Below, piece after piece: positions 9,583 through 19,530 of a stretch of 64,000 bases of DNA. Every line of letters begins with the position of its first letter. Positions within the stretch are counted from its first letter, which is position 1. The notes below the pieces were generated by a model, which did not search any database, had not been told where the DNA came from, and saw only the letters and a list, made by a program, of their open reading frames with translations. The position numbers and the translations under genes are program-made. The stretch comes from Candidatus Bathyarchaeota archaeon (lineage in GTDB: Archaea; Thermoproteota; Bathyarchaeia; Bathyarchaeales; Bathycorpusculaceae). The stretch lies in assembly GCA_963811105.1 (NCBI GenBank), contig CAWEPZ010000011.1, positions 1,434,332 to 1,498,331 of the forward strand, in the 5' to 3' direction.

Positions 9583-9768
9583 TCATGACCCTTTGTTATT
9601 CGCTTTAGCCTTAGTGATAATGACGTAGACTCTTCTTCCAATATATTTTTTTGGCACATCTGCTTTAGCTGACGTACCTATTGGAGTGACGACTCTTTCT
9701 AAGAAACCTTCCACTTCGGTGTCACTTAGCAGTAAGCCATTTTTGTTAAGCTCGACACGTCTAGGCAT
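9583..9768 (-). CDS. DUF2080-family transposase-associated protein
   Basis: ERVVTPIGTSAKADVPKKYIGRRVYVII; divergent from the transposase, inside the TIRs. Confidence 0.88.
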   Translation of the reverse strand: MPRRVELNKNGLLLSDTEVEGFLERVVTPIGTSAKADVPKKYIGRRVYVIITKAKANNKGS

Positions 9769-9784
9769 TCAACCACCTACAATG

Positions 9785-9802
9785 AGCTATCTATAGATAG
9801 CT
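9785..9802. promoter_or_regulatory. Perfect 18-bp palindrome between the divergent IS genes
   Basis: AGCTATCTATAGATAGCT abutting TATAAATA. Confidence 0.55.
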
Positions 9803-9843
9803 ATAAATACTTTTTCATACATAAAATCAATCGTTAACTTGCC

Positions 9844-10953
9844 ATGTCAACAAAGCACAAACTAACCACAAAAAAACTCCAAGAAACAATCTCACAAATA
9901 AGAAAAGGCAATTTTCCCTACAAAACAAAAGAGCCAAAAAAGATAGACTTCACAAAGTACAACACAGCCCAAATAAACGAAATAGCTGACGTACTGGAAA
10001 CCATACGCGACATCGTAGACAAAGCATACGGAAGGCTTCAACATACAAGCATAGTCCAAAAAGGACCTGGAAGGCCATCTATCTCCATGAAAGACGTCGT
10101 TAAAGTGCAGCTGATGGAATCGTACTTCGGAGTTTCCGACAGAGTTTCACAAGGCTTTCTTAGGCTATTTAGAGAGAAATTAGGAATCGCCTCAGACTTC
10201 TCCTATAAAACCATAGAGCGAGGCTACGATCCAGAACGCAGCGAGGAACTACTTGAGGAAATATTGAAGATAACAAATGAACTAGGAAATTCTAATGAGA
10301 AAAAGTTCAGCATTGACGGCACAGGCGATCCATGCTCAATGAAAGTAAATTATGAGAGTAAACGTTCTCAACAACGCAGAGAGAAAGAATCTAAAACACG
10401 TAACGAAGCTAGCGACTTGTTTCCAGGCAAGAAGCGTGATTTTCAATATTCAGTGTACTCAATAGGCACAACCACCAAGATTATAGGCGGTTTTGCTACC
10501 ACCGATGATCATAGTTATGGTGAGTTGTCTTTTTTCAAAGAGGTTGTTGAAGAGACAATTGGGAATTGTCCAATGTTTGATACTTTATGTGGCGATGGTA
10601 TCTACGCAAGCAGGGTTGCTTGTGCTTTATTGGAGGCTTCCGCGATAACTCCTTTTTTTATGCCTAGGTCAAATGTTACTTTCAGAAGCAGGGGTGTGCC
10701 GTTGTGGATGAGTATGTTGATTTCTTTGACGGAGAATCCTCAGCAGTGGCTTGAAGCTTATCATGATCGTTCTATGTCGGAAACTGGCAATTCTATGCTA
10801 AAGCGAAGAGAGCCTGCTAAAATCAGAAAGAGGCTTAGTGATAGAAAGGGAACGCAAGAGGCTCTGAAATTTATGGTACACAATATTCGGCAAATATGCT
10901 ACCTAAGATACCTTGCTCCAAAGCTACTCAGACATAATATCATTGAAGACTAA
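9844..10953 (+). CDS. DDE transposase
   Basis: GPGRP, FSYKTIERGY, SIDGTG, CGDGIY, YHDRSMSETGNSMLKRR. Confidence 0.9.
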   Translation: MSTKHKLTTKKLQETISQIRKGNFPYKTKEPKKIDFTKYNTAQINEIADVLETIRDIVDKAYGRLQHTSIVQKGPGRPSISMKDVVKVQLMESYFGVSDRVSQGFLRLFREKLGIASDFSYKTIERGYDPERSEELLEEILKITNELGNSNEKKFSIDGTGDPCSMKVNYESKRSQQRREKESKTRNEASDLFPGKKRDFQYSVYSIGTTTKIIGGFATTDDHSYGELSFFKEVVEETIGNCPMFDTLCGDGIYASRVACALLEASAITPFFMPRSNVTFRSRGVPLWMSMLISLTENPQQWLEAYHDRSMSETGNSMLKRREPAKIRKRLSDRKGTQEALKFMVHNIRQICYLRYLAPKLLRHNIIED

Positions 10954-11063
10954 TTTTGTCGCAAAGCCCCATTACGAGAAAAATTAAAATACCATAATTC
11001 TGCCGAGCGAAAAAAGCGTAAAAGAAATAAAAAGAAGAACGTCAAAGGCTAAACCTTAACGGT

Positions 11064-11252
11064 TTAGCAGAGGTCGTGATCGCAATTGCAATTGTGATCT
11101 GATGAGTTACCATCTATGTATTTTTGGGGGTTTGCTTCGAAGGATTTTTTGCATCCTGGAGCGCAGAAATAGTAGTATTTGCCTTGGTAGATTGTTTTGT
11201 ACTTTGCAGTTTTCTCATCTACATCCATGTTGCATACTAAATCTTTAGCCAT
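11064..11252 (-). CDS. YHS/TRASH-domain metal-binding protein with Cys/His tail
   Basis: DLVCNMDV...YYFCAPGCK..F; tail HNCNCDHDLC; GGAGGTGA RBS. Confidence 0.88.
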   Translation of the reverse strand: MAKDLVCNMDVDEKTAKYKTIYQGKYYYFCAPGCKKSFEANPQKYIDGNSSDHNCNCDHDLC

Positions 11253-11286
11253 ACTTTTTTCACCTCCATTGCTTGATGTCTTGTGA

Positions 11287-13704
11287 TTAGATTTTTGGTT
11301 TAAATCTTCTGAGGAGTGAAGCGTTGGTAACTACGGTTACTGAGCTGCTTGCCATGGCCGCTGCCGCGTAGACTGGATTGAATAGCACATGTATAATGGG
11401 ATAGAAGGCGCCGGCTGCCAACGGAATGAGTACGATGTTGTAGAAGAAAGCCCAGAACAGGTTCTGCCGAATTTTCTTCATTGTAGCGCGGCTCAACTGG
11501 ATTGCTACAACTACATCTCGCAAATCGTTCTTTATTAGCACAATGTCACCTGTTTCAATAGCCACGTCTGTTCCGCTGCCCACAGCTATCCCAATGTTTG
11601 CCTGGGCCAATGCGGGTGCATCGTTTATGCCGTCTCCCACCATGGCGACAACTTTGCCCTCTGCCTGAAGCCTCTTTATTTCCGTGGCTTTTTCGCTTGG
11701 AAGCACCTCAGAAAGCACGCGGTCAACACCCACTTGTCTTGAGATGGCGTTGGCTGTTCTTTGATTATCGCCTGTAATCATGATGACCTCTAAGCCCATT
11801 TGCTGAAGAGTTCTCACAGCCTCAGCAGAATGTTCATTTAAGGTATCAGCCACAGCTATCAACCCTGCAAGTTGGTTGTCTACCGCAAGGAGCATCGCGG
11901 TTTTTCCTTCTTCCTCAAGCCCTTTCATCTTAGCGTCAAACGTACCAATGTCCAGGTTGTTTACTTCCATGAGTCTGCGGTTACCTAACAATATTTTAGC
12001 GCCTTTATGCTCTACTTCCACTCCATATCCCGGAAGGGCGTTGAAGACGTCGGGCTCATCAATCAGGAGGCGTTTCTCTTTTGCCTTCTTTACTATGGCT
12101 TCTCCAAGTGGGTGTTCTGAGTTTTTCTCTGCGATGCTGGCTAGCTGTAAAAGTTGGTCTTCTTTGAACGCTTCGGTTGGGAAAATATTCGTGACTTCCG
12201 GCTCGCCTTTGGTGAGTGTTCCTGTTTTATCGAAAACTATCGTTTGAAGCTTGTAAGCTGCTTCCAATGTTTCGCCGTTTTTAATTAAAATTCCGTTTTC
12301 TGCTCCCTTCCCAACCCCAACCATAATGGCTGTGGGAGTAGCAAGTCCAAGAGCGCAGGGACAAGCAACAATTAACACAGCGATGAAAACGGTAAGGGCA
12401 AAAATGAAGGTCGCGCCAGCTATGAAATACCATATTAACGCTGACAGAGTCGCAGTTATTATGATGGCTGGAACAAAGTACCCTGACGCGATATCTGCTA
12501 GTCTTTGAATAGGTGCTTTGGAACTTAAAGCATCTTCAACCATGCTTATGATCTGGGCAAGAACTGTGTCTTTGCCTACTTTGGAAGCTTTGAATTTCAG
12601 CACCCCAGTTTTATTCATGGTGGCACCCACCACTTGGTCGCCGCTTTTCTTCTCAACAGGTATGCTTTCGCCTGTGATAACTTTCTCATCTACTGCTGAG
12701 TACCCTTCTGTAATGATGCCGTCAACGGGAATTTTTTCTCCTGGTCTAACAACCACAATGTCTCCTACCTGGACATCTTCAATCGGTATTTCCTGTTCTT
12801 CGCCATTTCTAATTATTCTGGCAGTTTTTGCTTGAAGACCCATGATTTTTCTTATGGCTTCTGAGGTTCTGCCTTTTGCTATGGCATCTAAGAGTTTTCC
12901 AAGCAAAATGAAGCTCATGATCATTGTGGCTGTATCAAAGAAAACTCCGGCGCCAGGGAACAGTGTAGGTGCAAAAGTAACTGCAGTACTATAGAGCCAA
13001 GCGGTGGATGTTCCCATGGCGATCAAGGTATCCATGTTGGCGGTTTTGTTTCTCAAGCCCTTATATGCGCCAACGTAAAAGGTCCATCCGACAATGAATT
13101 GCACAGGAGTTGCCAAAATAAACATTAAAATGTTGTTTTGTTCCCTAGGCAAAACAGGGAACAACATCAAGAGGATGATGGGGAGTGTCAATGCAACGCT
13201 TGCTGCCAGAAGGATTTTCAGGCGTCGAATGTGTCGTTGGCGCTCTTTGCCTTCAGCATCCTGGCCGGTTTTTTCGGCTTCGATGATTTGGTAACCAACG
13301 TCGTGTATGGTTTTGCTGATTCCAGCGAGGCTTATTTGCTCAGGGTTATATTCAACGGTGACTTTTTCTGCAGCAAAGTTGACGCTTGCGTTGTAAACGC
13401 CTTCTTTGCTTTTTAATGCTTTTTCTATGCTTTGGGCGCAGTTAACGCAGCTCATGCCGCCTATTTGTAGTACGATTTTCTCATGGATAACTCGGTATCC
13501 TGATTCAGCGATGGTGTTTTCTATGGTTTTCTGGTCGATGAGGTCTGGGTTGTATTCTATGATTGCTTTTTCGGCGGCGAAGTTGACAGTGGCGCGTGTT
13601 ACGCCGTTTAGTTTAGAGAGTGCTTTCTCTATTGAGAGTGAGCAGTTTATACAGCTCATGCCGCCGATGTTGAGAGTAATTTTTTTGTTTTTTTCTTGGC
13701 TCAT
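11287..13704 (-). CDS. copA: Cu(I)-exporting P1B ATPase with two HMA domains
   Basis: Two GMSCxx[40 protein letters not shown]. Confidence 0.95.
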   Translation of the reverse strand: MSQEKNKKITLNIGGMSCINCSLSIEKALSKLNGVTRATVNFAAEKAIIEYNPDLIDQKTIENTIAESGYRVIHEKIVLQIGGMSCVNCAQSIEKALKSKEGVYNASVNFAAEKVTVEYNPEQISLAGISKTIHDVGYQIIEAEKTGQDAEGKERQRHIRRLKILLAASVALTLPIILLMLFPVLPREQNNILMFILATPVQFIVGWTFYVGAYKGLRNKTANMDTLIAMGTSTAWLYSTAVTFAPTLFPGAGVFFDTATMIMSFILLGKLLDAIAKGRTSEAIRKIMGLQAKTARIIRNGEEQEIPIEDVQVGDIVVVRPGEKIPVDGIITEGYSAVDEKVITGESIPVEKKSGDQVVGATMNKTGVLKFKASKVGKDTVLAQIISMVEDALSSKAPIQRLADIASGYFVPAIIITATLSALIWYFIAGATFIFALTVFIAVLIVACPCALGLATPTAIMVGVGKGAENGILIKNGETLEAAYKLQTIVFDKTGTLTKGEPEVTNIFPTEAFKEDQLLQLASIAEKNSEHPLGEAIVKKAKEKRLLIDEPDVFNALPGYGVEVEHKGAKILLGNRRLMEVNNLDIGTFDAKMKGLEEEGKTAMLLAVDNQLAGLIAVADTLNEHSAEAVRTLQQMGLEVIMITGDNQRTANAISRQVGVDRVLSEVLPSEKATEIKRLQAEGKVVAMVGDGINDAPALAQANIGIAVGSGTDVAIETGDIVLIKNDLRDVVVAIQLSRATMKKIRQNLFWAFFYNIVLIPLAAGAFYPIIHVLFNPVYAAAAMASSSVTVVTNASLLRRFKPKI

Positions 13705-13770
13705 GTTGGTTGCCTTCACTTGAGTTTCATTTGTTTTTCTCTAAGTCGAATTCATTTTTAGAAAAGGCTG

Positions 13771-14751
13771 TCATTCTAATCGGTAAGTATTTCCAACGCT
13801 ACTACAAACAAAAGCATTTGGAAACGTTTGAGCTATTGAAATTAATGCTCGCCATCCAGTGCAATGTGAGGGTACGATTAATTCAGGGTTAATCTTTTTT
13901 AGCTCTTCTATGGTAGGTTCAATTCTCTTCTCAAATTCTTTTCCAGCTAAATGAAAGCCACCTAATATTGCGTAAACCTTTCCATTTCCGGTAATCTGTT
14001 GAGCGTATCGTATGGTGTTTATAATGCCCGCGTGGGCACACCCAGAAATGATAACTAAGCCTTTGTCTTTGATATTAACGATTAATGCACGGTCATCTAG
14101 GACTAATAGGTCGGGCTGCCAAGAATTATCATTATAAATTTTGTTTTGCATTAACCCCTTTTCAAAAGTCACTTTTCTTGGAATTTCTCCAGTAATGCAA
14201 GCCAAATTATTGGCAATTAAATACGGTTTTTTTGTGTTTACGATTTTTGCTGGAGATAGCTCTTTTAAATCCGGAAAAGGTGGATACTCCCTTATAGCTC
14301 CACTAAGACTGGCGGTTCCTCTATGTTTAACCATGTTTTCATGAGCCAATATTGGTAAGTCGATTTTGTTAACAGCTTTAACTATTGCTTGTAATCCGCC
14401 AAAATGATCATAGTGGCCATGGGAAAGGACAACATAAGAAACTTCACTCAAGTCAATACCCATTCTTTCAGCATTAATAATGACTCCGTTATAACTGATG
14501 CCGGTATCAAAAAGAATTGTGCACATTTCTTGATTCTGAAAAACCCTAATTAGCATGGAAAAACCGTGCTCTGCAAACGGCAACTCTTTATGTGTTTGAG
14601 CCCACTCCGGTCCCAAATGCTCTTTAGTCCAGTGCCGAAACGATTGCACTTCTTTTCTAACATTGCTTGAAAGAAAATCTACATTGTTGTCCATTAAGGA
14701 AACGATTTCAATCTTTGATGCTTCGTTCAAGTCTGCAGTTTCCGTTGTCAA
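13771..14751 (-). CDS. MBL-fold metallohydrolase (COG1237/MJ0301-like)
   Basis: AEHGFS, LFDTG, SHGHYDHFGG, GCAHAG, GGFHL, SHCTG. Confidence 0.88.
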   Translation of the reverse strand: MTTETADLNEASKIEIVSLMDNNVDFLSSNVRKEVQSFRHWTKEHLGPEWAQTHKELPFAEHGFSMLIRVFQNQEMCTILFDTGISYNGVIINAERMGIDLSEVSYVVLSHGHYDHFGGLQAIVKAVNKIDLPILAHENMVKHRGTASLSGAIREYPPFPDLKELSPAKIVNTKKPYLIANNLACITGEIPRKVTFEKGLMQNKIYNDNSWQPDLLVLDDRALIVNIKDKGLVIISGCAHAGIINTIRYAQQITGNGKVYAILGGFHLAGKEFEKRIEPTIEELKKINPELIVPSHCTGWRALISIAQTFPNAFVCSSVGNTYRLE

Positions 14752-14763
14752 ATTCCAACCAAA

Positions 14764-15333
14764 CTACAAAGTCCCTCGGTAATGATCTGTGGTTGGACAG
14801 CCAGCACATTTTTGGAGCTCGTATCGATTGCATGGGTCGCAATTAACATTGCAAGGTGGAGCCTTGTTTTCTTTGGTTGCGAGCTGTTCTCTTATCTGAA
14901 GAAACGGTGAAAAGTAAGTTTCGCTCACGGGGTAGAATTCTGATCGGCGTATGCCTCTGCTGCATCTGAGAGAGCATTTCTCCATGGAAATGCTTTCTAG
15001 CGTTTCTAGAGTTTCTGCCACTACGAGTGCAATGAGGTTGTAGCCGCCCACTGTTTTGAAAATCTGAACTATTCTGGGGCATTGCTCGAATCGATTAAGG
15101 AGCTCCTGCATCGCTTCTGCGCTCTCCATTTCAAGCATTACGATTGCTAGGTGAAGTTGGAGTGCGCTCGGATTTATGAGGGCTGATACTTTAATTGTTT
15201 CTTTTTTCAGCAGCCTCTCCAGCCTTTTCTTGGTTCCCATACTTGTGAACCCGATGGATTTAGATAGTTCTTGGCATGTCATCCGTCCGTCGGCTTGGAG
15301 TTGCGCTATTATTTTCTTATCAATTTCATCCAC
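14764..15333 (-). CDS. Lrp/AsnC transcriptional regulator with Cys-rich C-terminus
   Basis: MDEIDKKIIAQLQADGR HTH; tail CNVNCDPC...KCAGCP. Confidence 0.9.
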   Translation of the reverse strand: MDEIDKKIIAQLQADGRMTCQELSKSIGFTSMGTKKRLERLLKKETIKVSALINPSALQLHLAIVMLEMESAEAMQELLNRFEQCPRIVQIFKTVGGYNLIALVVAETLETLESISMEKCSLRCSRGIRRSEFYPVSETYFSPFLQIREQLATKENKAPPCNVNCDPCNRYELQKCAGCPTTDHYRGTL

Positions 15334-15345
15334 AATAAATTCACG

Positions 15346-15375
15346 AGTTTATTTTATAAACGATATGTATTAATA
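15346..15375. promoter_or_regulatory. Operator/TATA motif copy 1 (GTTTATTTTATAAAC-N5-GTATTAATA)
   Basis: Palindrome GTTTAT-TTT-ATAAAC; recurs at 15471, 27594 (inverted) and 32123 (variant). Confidence 0.7.
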
Positions 15376-15470
15376 AAGTTTGTCTGTTAAACTTTTTCTT
15401 AAAAAACTCAAGTCTCAAACAAATCAAGGAAGTTAGTTGAATAAAGAAACTCAAAATGTTAAAGGTAAAT

Positions 15471-15500
15471 AGTTTATTTTATAAACAGAACGTATTAATA
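15471..15500. promoter_or_regulatory. Operator/TATA motif copy 2, upstream of mrp operon
   Basis: 26/30 identical to copy 1. Confidence 0.7.
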
Positions 15501-15541
15501 CTATTTAGTTATTAAACTGTTTTCAGTCAAGTGGTGGAGGA

Positions 15542-16447
15542 ATGGCAAGCACTATTAAACAAAAAAAGACGAACGAATGCACTGAAGAATGTGATTCATG
15601 CAACACATTAGATAACTGTAATGATACCAAAAAACAGGAATACCAAAAACAGCAAAAATTAAAACAGCGACTAAAAAAAATTAAATATAAAATTGCGATA
15701 ATCAGCGGAAAAGGCGGAGTAGGCAAAAGTACAGTAACAGCAAATCTGGCAATGGCATTCGCAATGCGGGGCTATAAAGTTGGCGTTCTTGACGCAGACA
15801 TTCATGGTCCATGTATCCCAAAGATGCTGGGCCTAAAAGGACAAACACTCACAGGGACACCTGACGGAGGGTTCTTGCCAGTTACGGGCCGCCTAGGAGT
15901 GAAGGTGGCGTCAATGGACTTCTTACTTAAAAACGACGAGACACCAGTGATTTGGCGAGGTCCCTTAAAGATGAGGCTTATCCAACAGTTCCTATCAGAC
16001 GTGGTTTGGGGCGAATTAGATTATCTCTTTGTAGATCTCCCTCCTGGAACCGGAGATGAACCATTAACTGTAATGCAGTTAATACCGGATATGAACGGTG
16101 TAGTCATAGTGACGATGCCTTCGGAAGTTTCAGAAACGGTGGTCAAGAAATCAGTAACTTTTGCTAAACAAGTCGGCGTTCCAATAATCGGGATCATCGA
16201 AAACCTAAGCGGATACGTTTGCCCTGACTGTGGAAAAAAAATCGATATTTTCAGGTCCGGAGGCGGCAAAAGAATAGCGCAAGATTTGGTAGTGCCCTAT
16301 TTAGGAAACATACCAATAGACCCAAAGGTATGTAATGACTCGGACACTGGAATACCATTCATAGAAGAGAACCCCAATCTGCCAACAGCCATTGTTTTCA
16401 CTGAAATAGTCAAGAAAACTCTGCAGTTTCTCCAAAAAGATAGGTAA
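15542..16447 (+). CDS. Mrp/NBP35 (ApbC) Fe-S carrier ATPase
   Basis: N-terminal CxxxCxxCxxxxxC, SGKGGVGKST, DADIHGP, WRGP, DLPPGTGD, ENLSGYVCPDC. Confidence 0.95.
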   Translation: MASTIKQKKTNECTEECDSCNTLDNCNDTKKQEYQKQQKLKQRLKKIKYKIAIISGKGGVGKSTVTANLAMAFAMRGYKVGVLDADIHGPCIPKMLGLKGQTLTGTPDGGFLPVTGRLGVKVASMDFLLKNDETPVIWRGPLKMRLIQQFLSDVVWGELDYLFVDLPPGTGDEPLTVMQLIPDMNGVVIVTMPSEVSETVVKKSVTFAKQVGVPIIGIIENLSGYVCPDCGKKIDIFRSGGGKRIAQDLVVPYLGNIPIDPKVCNDSDTGIPFIEENPNLPTAIVFTEIVKKTLQFLQKDR

Positions 16448-16476
16448 TTACTAATTAACACAACGGAGAATAAAAA

Positions 16477-16857
16477 ATGAAAGTATGTTTAAGCTCAACT
16501 TCAAACAGTTTGGAAGCCCAATTAGACCCTCGATTCGCCAGATGCACTTATCTGATAACTATAGATACTGAAACTATGCAGTTTGAAGCCATTCCAAACT
16601 TGGCGGCAGGCACAAGAGAAGGCGCAGGAATCTTCGCAGCACAAACAATCGCAAACAAAGGTGCAAAAGTGCTGATAACTGGGAATGTTGGACCTAACGC
16701 TTTCAGGGCATTATCGGCGGCAGGTATAGAAATAATGACGGATGCTTCTGGAACTATCAGAGAAGTCGTTGAGAAGTTCAAGAAAGGCGAAATAAAGAAA
16801 ACTGGCGTTCCCACTGTTGGAGGCCATTTCGGCGCTGTAAGAGGTCAGAGCAAATGA
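16477..16857 (+). CDS. NifB/NifX-family (Orange protein/MTH1175-like) protein
   Basis: DPRFARC, GAGIFAAQ, ITGNVGPNA. Confidence 0.9.
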   Translation: MKVCLSSTSNSLEAQLDPRFARCTYLITIDTETMQFEAIPNLAAGTREGAGIFAAQTIANKGAKVLITGNVGPNAFRALSAAGIEIMTDASGTIREVVEKFKKGEIKKTGVPTVGGHFGAVRGQSK

Positions 16858-16926
16858 ACACTAACCGTGTGGTCTATCAGTTTGAGGATAATCAACGAAA
16901 ACTTGGTGAGCATCGGAGGTGAAAAA

Positions 16927-17325
16927 TTGACAAATAAAATAATAATTCCTACAGACAATCAAGAAGGCATAAACGCTCCATTGGCAGAACATTTTGGAAG
17001 AGCACCCTATTTCACAGTTGTTGAGCTTGACAATAAAGGCGAACTTACAAACGTGAATGCAGTCACAAACGTTAGCGAACATGTTGGAGGAACAGGATCA
17101 CCCCATGACCAACTTACTAAACTTCAACCTACAGCTATAGTAGTTCATGGTATGGGACCTCGCGGAATAATGGCGTTCCAAAGCGCAGGCATTGAAGTGC
17201 TAAAAGCAAACGCAAACACAGTCAAAGAAGTCGTTGAAGCATACAAGCAGGGTAAACTTGAAGAATTAACAGAAGGCTGCCCGAATGCTGCGCATCACGA
17301 TCATGAAGAACACCATCATCATTAA
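16927..17325 (+). CDS. NifB/NifX-family protein with His-rich tail
   Basis: EHFGRAPYF, GMGPRG, tail CPNAAHHDHEEHHHH; TTG start after GGAGGTG. Confidence 0.88.
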   Translation: MTNKIIIPTDNQEGINAPLAEHFGRAPYFTVVELDNKGELTNVNAVTNVSEHVGGTGSPHDQLTKLQPTAIVVHGMGPRGIMAFQSAGIEVLKANANTVKEVVEAYKQGKLEELTEGCPNAAHHDHEEHHHH

Positions 17326-17347
17326 CCTTGATTCTGCTGGAGTTAAA

Positions 17348-17758
17348 ATGACTGACAAAAAATCAGAAGCCAAACAAATCATCGAATTAAGATATTCTAG
17401 CAAAGCCATCGAGTTATACGAAAACAAGGTGAACGTTGGCGTAATCGACAACCCAGATGCAGACGCAGTTTTCCTTGATCCATGCGGTGATTTAATACGT
17501 CTCTATATAAAAATAAACAATGAAATCGTAGAAGACGCCAAATTTCTCTGTTATGGTCGTCAAGGTTCAACATCTGCATTGTCAGCGATGACCATTCTGA
17601 TTAAAGGCAAAACCCTCAATCATGCAAAGAAACTGACAGAAGATGACATATTGAAGGAGCTCGAAGGTTTACCAGAAGATTGCGCTGAACTGTCTATAAA
17701 AACTCTGAAGAAGGCTATTGATGGATATAGAAAATCAAAGAGCAGCTCAGAGACATAG
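17348..17758 (+). CDS. IscU/NifU-N-like Fe-S scaffold (second Cys replaced by Arg)
   Basis: DPCGDLIRLYIKI, AKFLCYGR, LEGLPEDCAEL. Confidence 0.8.
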   Translation: MTDKKSEAKQIIELRYSSKAIELYENKVNVGVIDNPDADAVFLDPCGDLIRLYIKINNEIVEDAKFLCYGRQGSTSALSAMTILIKGKTLNHAKKLTEDDILKELEGLPEDCAELSIKTLKKAIDGYRKSKSSSET

Positions 17759-17800
17759 TCCAATTTTTACTTTTCTTAAACTATTTAGGGTGAATATGAA

Positions 17801-18637
17801 TTGATTTTAGCGATTGCAAGTGGCAAAGGCGGTACGGGAAAAACATCCTTAGCCGTAAACATGGCGCTCTCCATCGGGCACTGTCAGCTCTTAGACTGCG
17901 ACGTGGAAGAACCAAACGCATATTTGTTTTTGCAGTCAAAACTGAATAATACAAAACCCGTTTACACTACGATTCCCCGAATAGAGCTGGGCTTGTGTGA
18001 TTACTGTGGCGAATGCGCCAAATTCTGTAAATACAACGCCTTATTCGCCCTTAAAGACCAAATTCTTGTTTTCCCCGAGCTCTGTCACAGTTGTGGTGGA
18101 TGCGCACTAGTTTGCTCCAAAAAGGCTATCACTGAAGAAAAACACAAGATTGGAACCCTAAACTTTAGCTCAACTGACGATTTGAACCTCGTGTACGGAG
18201 AACTCGAAGTTGGCAAGCCCATGGCTGTGCCAGTTATCAAGGCGGTTAAAAAACAAATTGATCACAATAGAAATGTAATTATTGATTCTCCGCCGGGAAC
18301 TTCTTGTCCGTTTGTTGAGACTGTAAGGGGTAGCGATTTTTGTATTCTCGTAACGGAGCCCACACCTTTTGGTTTGTATGACCTAAGGATCGCTGTTGAG
18401 GTGCTTAAGAAAATTGGGATTCTTTTCGGTGTCGTTGTTAACCGTGCAGGTACAGGCGACATGAAGCTCTATGAATACTGCAAGGACGAGGAAATCCCTG
18501 TCTTGTTGGAGATTCCTTACCAGAGAAAAATAGCGGAGCTTTACTCAAAAGGTATACCCTTCAGCATGGAAATGTCCGAGTGGAAAACAAAGTTTCAGAT
18601 GCTATTTAATGAAATAAGGAAGAGTGTTGGTAAATGA
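17801..18637 (+). CDS. MinD-superfamily ATPase with inserted 2x[4Fe-4S] domain (COG1149)
   Basis: ASGKGGTGKT, DCDVEEPN, CDYCGECAKFC, CHSCGGC, DSPPGTSCP, VTEPTPFG. Confidence 0.92.
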   Translation: MILAIASGKGGTGKTSLAVNMALSIGHCQLLDCDVEEPNAYLFLQSKLNNTKPVYTTIPRIELGLCDYCGECAKFCKYNALFALKDQILVFPELCHSCGGCALVCSKKAITEEKHKIGTLNFSSTDDLNLVYGELEVGKPMAVPVIKAVKKQIDHNRNVIIDSPPGTSCPFVETVRGSDFCILVTEPTPFGLYDLRIAVEVLKKIGILFGVVVNRAGTGDMKLYEYCKDEEIPVLLEIPYQRKIAELYSKGIPFSMEMSEWKTKFQMLFNEIRKSVGK

Positions 18638-19515
18638 AGCAGTTAACAGTTTTAAGTGGCAAGGGTGGCACAGGCAAAACAACCATAACTGCGGCCTTCG
18701 CTGTTTTAGCAAAAAACGCGGTCGTTGCTGATTGCGATGTGGATGCACCTGATCTTCATCTGCTTTTGCACCCAAAAGTAATTGAAATGCAGAAGTTCAA
18801 GGGTTCAGAAGTCGCTTCTATTGATAAGGCAAAGTGCACTAAGTGCGGTTTATGCCAAGAACAATGCATGTTCAGCGCCATAACCGAGCATATTAGTATC
18901 GACAGTATTGCATGTGAGGGATGTGGTGTCTGTACTATGGCTTGCCCAACAGGCGCTATTACTTTAGTTGAGCGTATCTCAGGAAACGCTTACATTTCAA
19001 GAACAAAATACGGTTTTATGTCTCATGCCCTGCTTTATCCAGGCGAATCTAACTCTGGAAAACTTGTCACGTTAGTTAGACAGAACGCTAAAAGAGTAGC
19101 TGCAAAAGAAAATAGTGACCTAGTCATAATTGATGGTTCGCCAGGAATTGGTTGCCCGGTTATAGCGTCCATTTCAGGAGTAGACGCTTGCTTGATAGTT
19201 ACCGAACCAACACTGTCCGGTATTCATGATCTTGAGAGAGTGTTGCAACTGCTAAAGTATTTCAATGTAACTCCTTTTGTTTGCGTAAACATGTATAATA
19301 TAAATGCTGATAACACCAACAAAATTCTGGCTTTTTGTAAAGAACAAGGAATTAACCTAGTTGGAACTATCCCATTCAGCCCGAAAGTCACCCAAGCTAT
19401 GGTTGCCGGAAAAACTATTGTTGAATATGCTCCTGTGAGTAGTGTAACAGAAGAAATCATGCTTATATGGAAAAAGTTATCTCTCGTTTTGGGCTTTGCG
19501 TGTATTAATGTGTAG
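18634..19515 (+). CDS. Second COG1149 MinD/ferredoxin ATPase
   Basis: SGKGGTGKTT, DCDVDA, CTKCGLC, CEGCGVC, NSGKLV, PGIGCPVIAS. Confidence 0.92.
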   Translation: MKQLTVLSGKGGTGKTTITAAFAVLAKNAVVADCDVDAPDLHLLLHPKVIEMQKFKGSEVASIDKAKCTKCGLCQEQCMFSAITEHISIDSIACEGCGVCTMACPTGAITLVERISGNAYISRTKYGFMSHALLYPGESNSGKLVTLVRQNAKRVAAKENSDLVIIDGSPGIGCPVIASISGVDACLIVTEPTLSGIHDLERVLQLLKYFNVTPFVCVNMYNINADNTNKILAFCKEQGINLVGTIPFSPKVTQAMVAGKTIVEYAPVSSVTEEIMLIWKKLSLVLGFACINV

Positions 19516-19530
19516 ACGTCGAAGCTCGGT

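Larger units (their letters stand above)
9563..10968. mobile_element. Insertion sequence (ISNCY/ISA1214-like) with DUF2080 accessory gene
   Basis: Perfect 18-bp TIRs GGCTTTGCGACAAAATTA (9563-9580) and TAATTTTGTCGCAAAGCC (10951-10968); flanks CCATTAAGC/CCATTACGA match 7 of 9. Confidence 0.9.
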
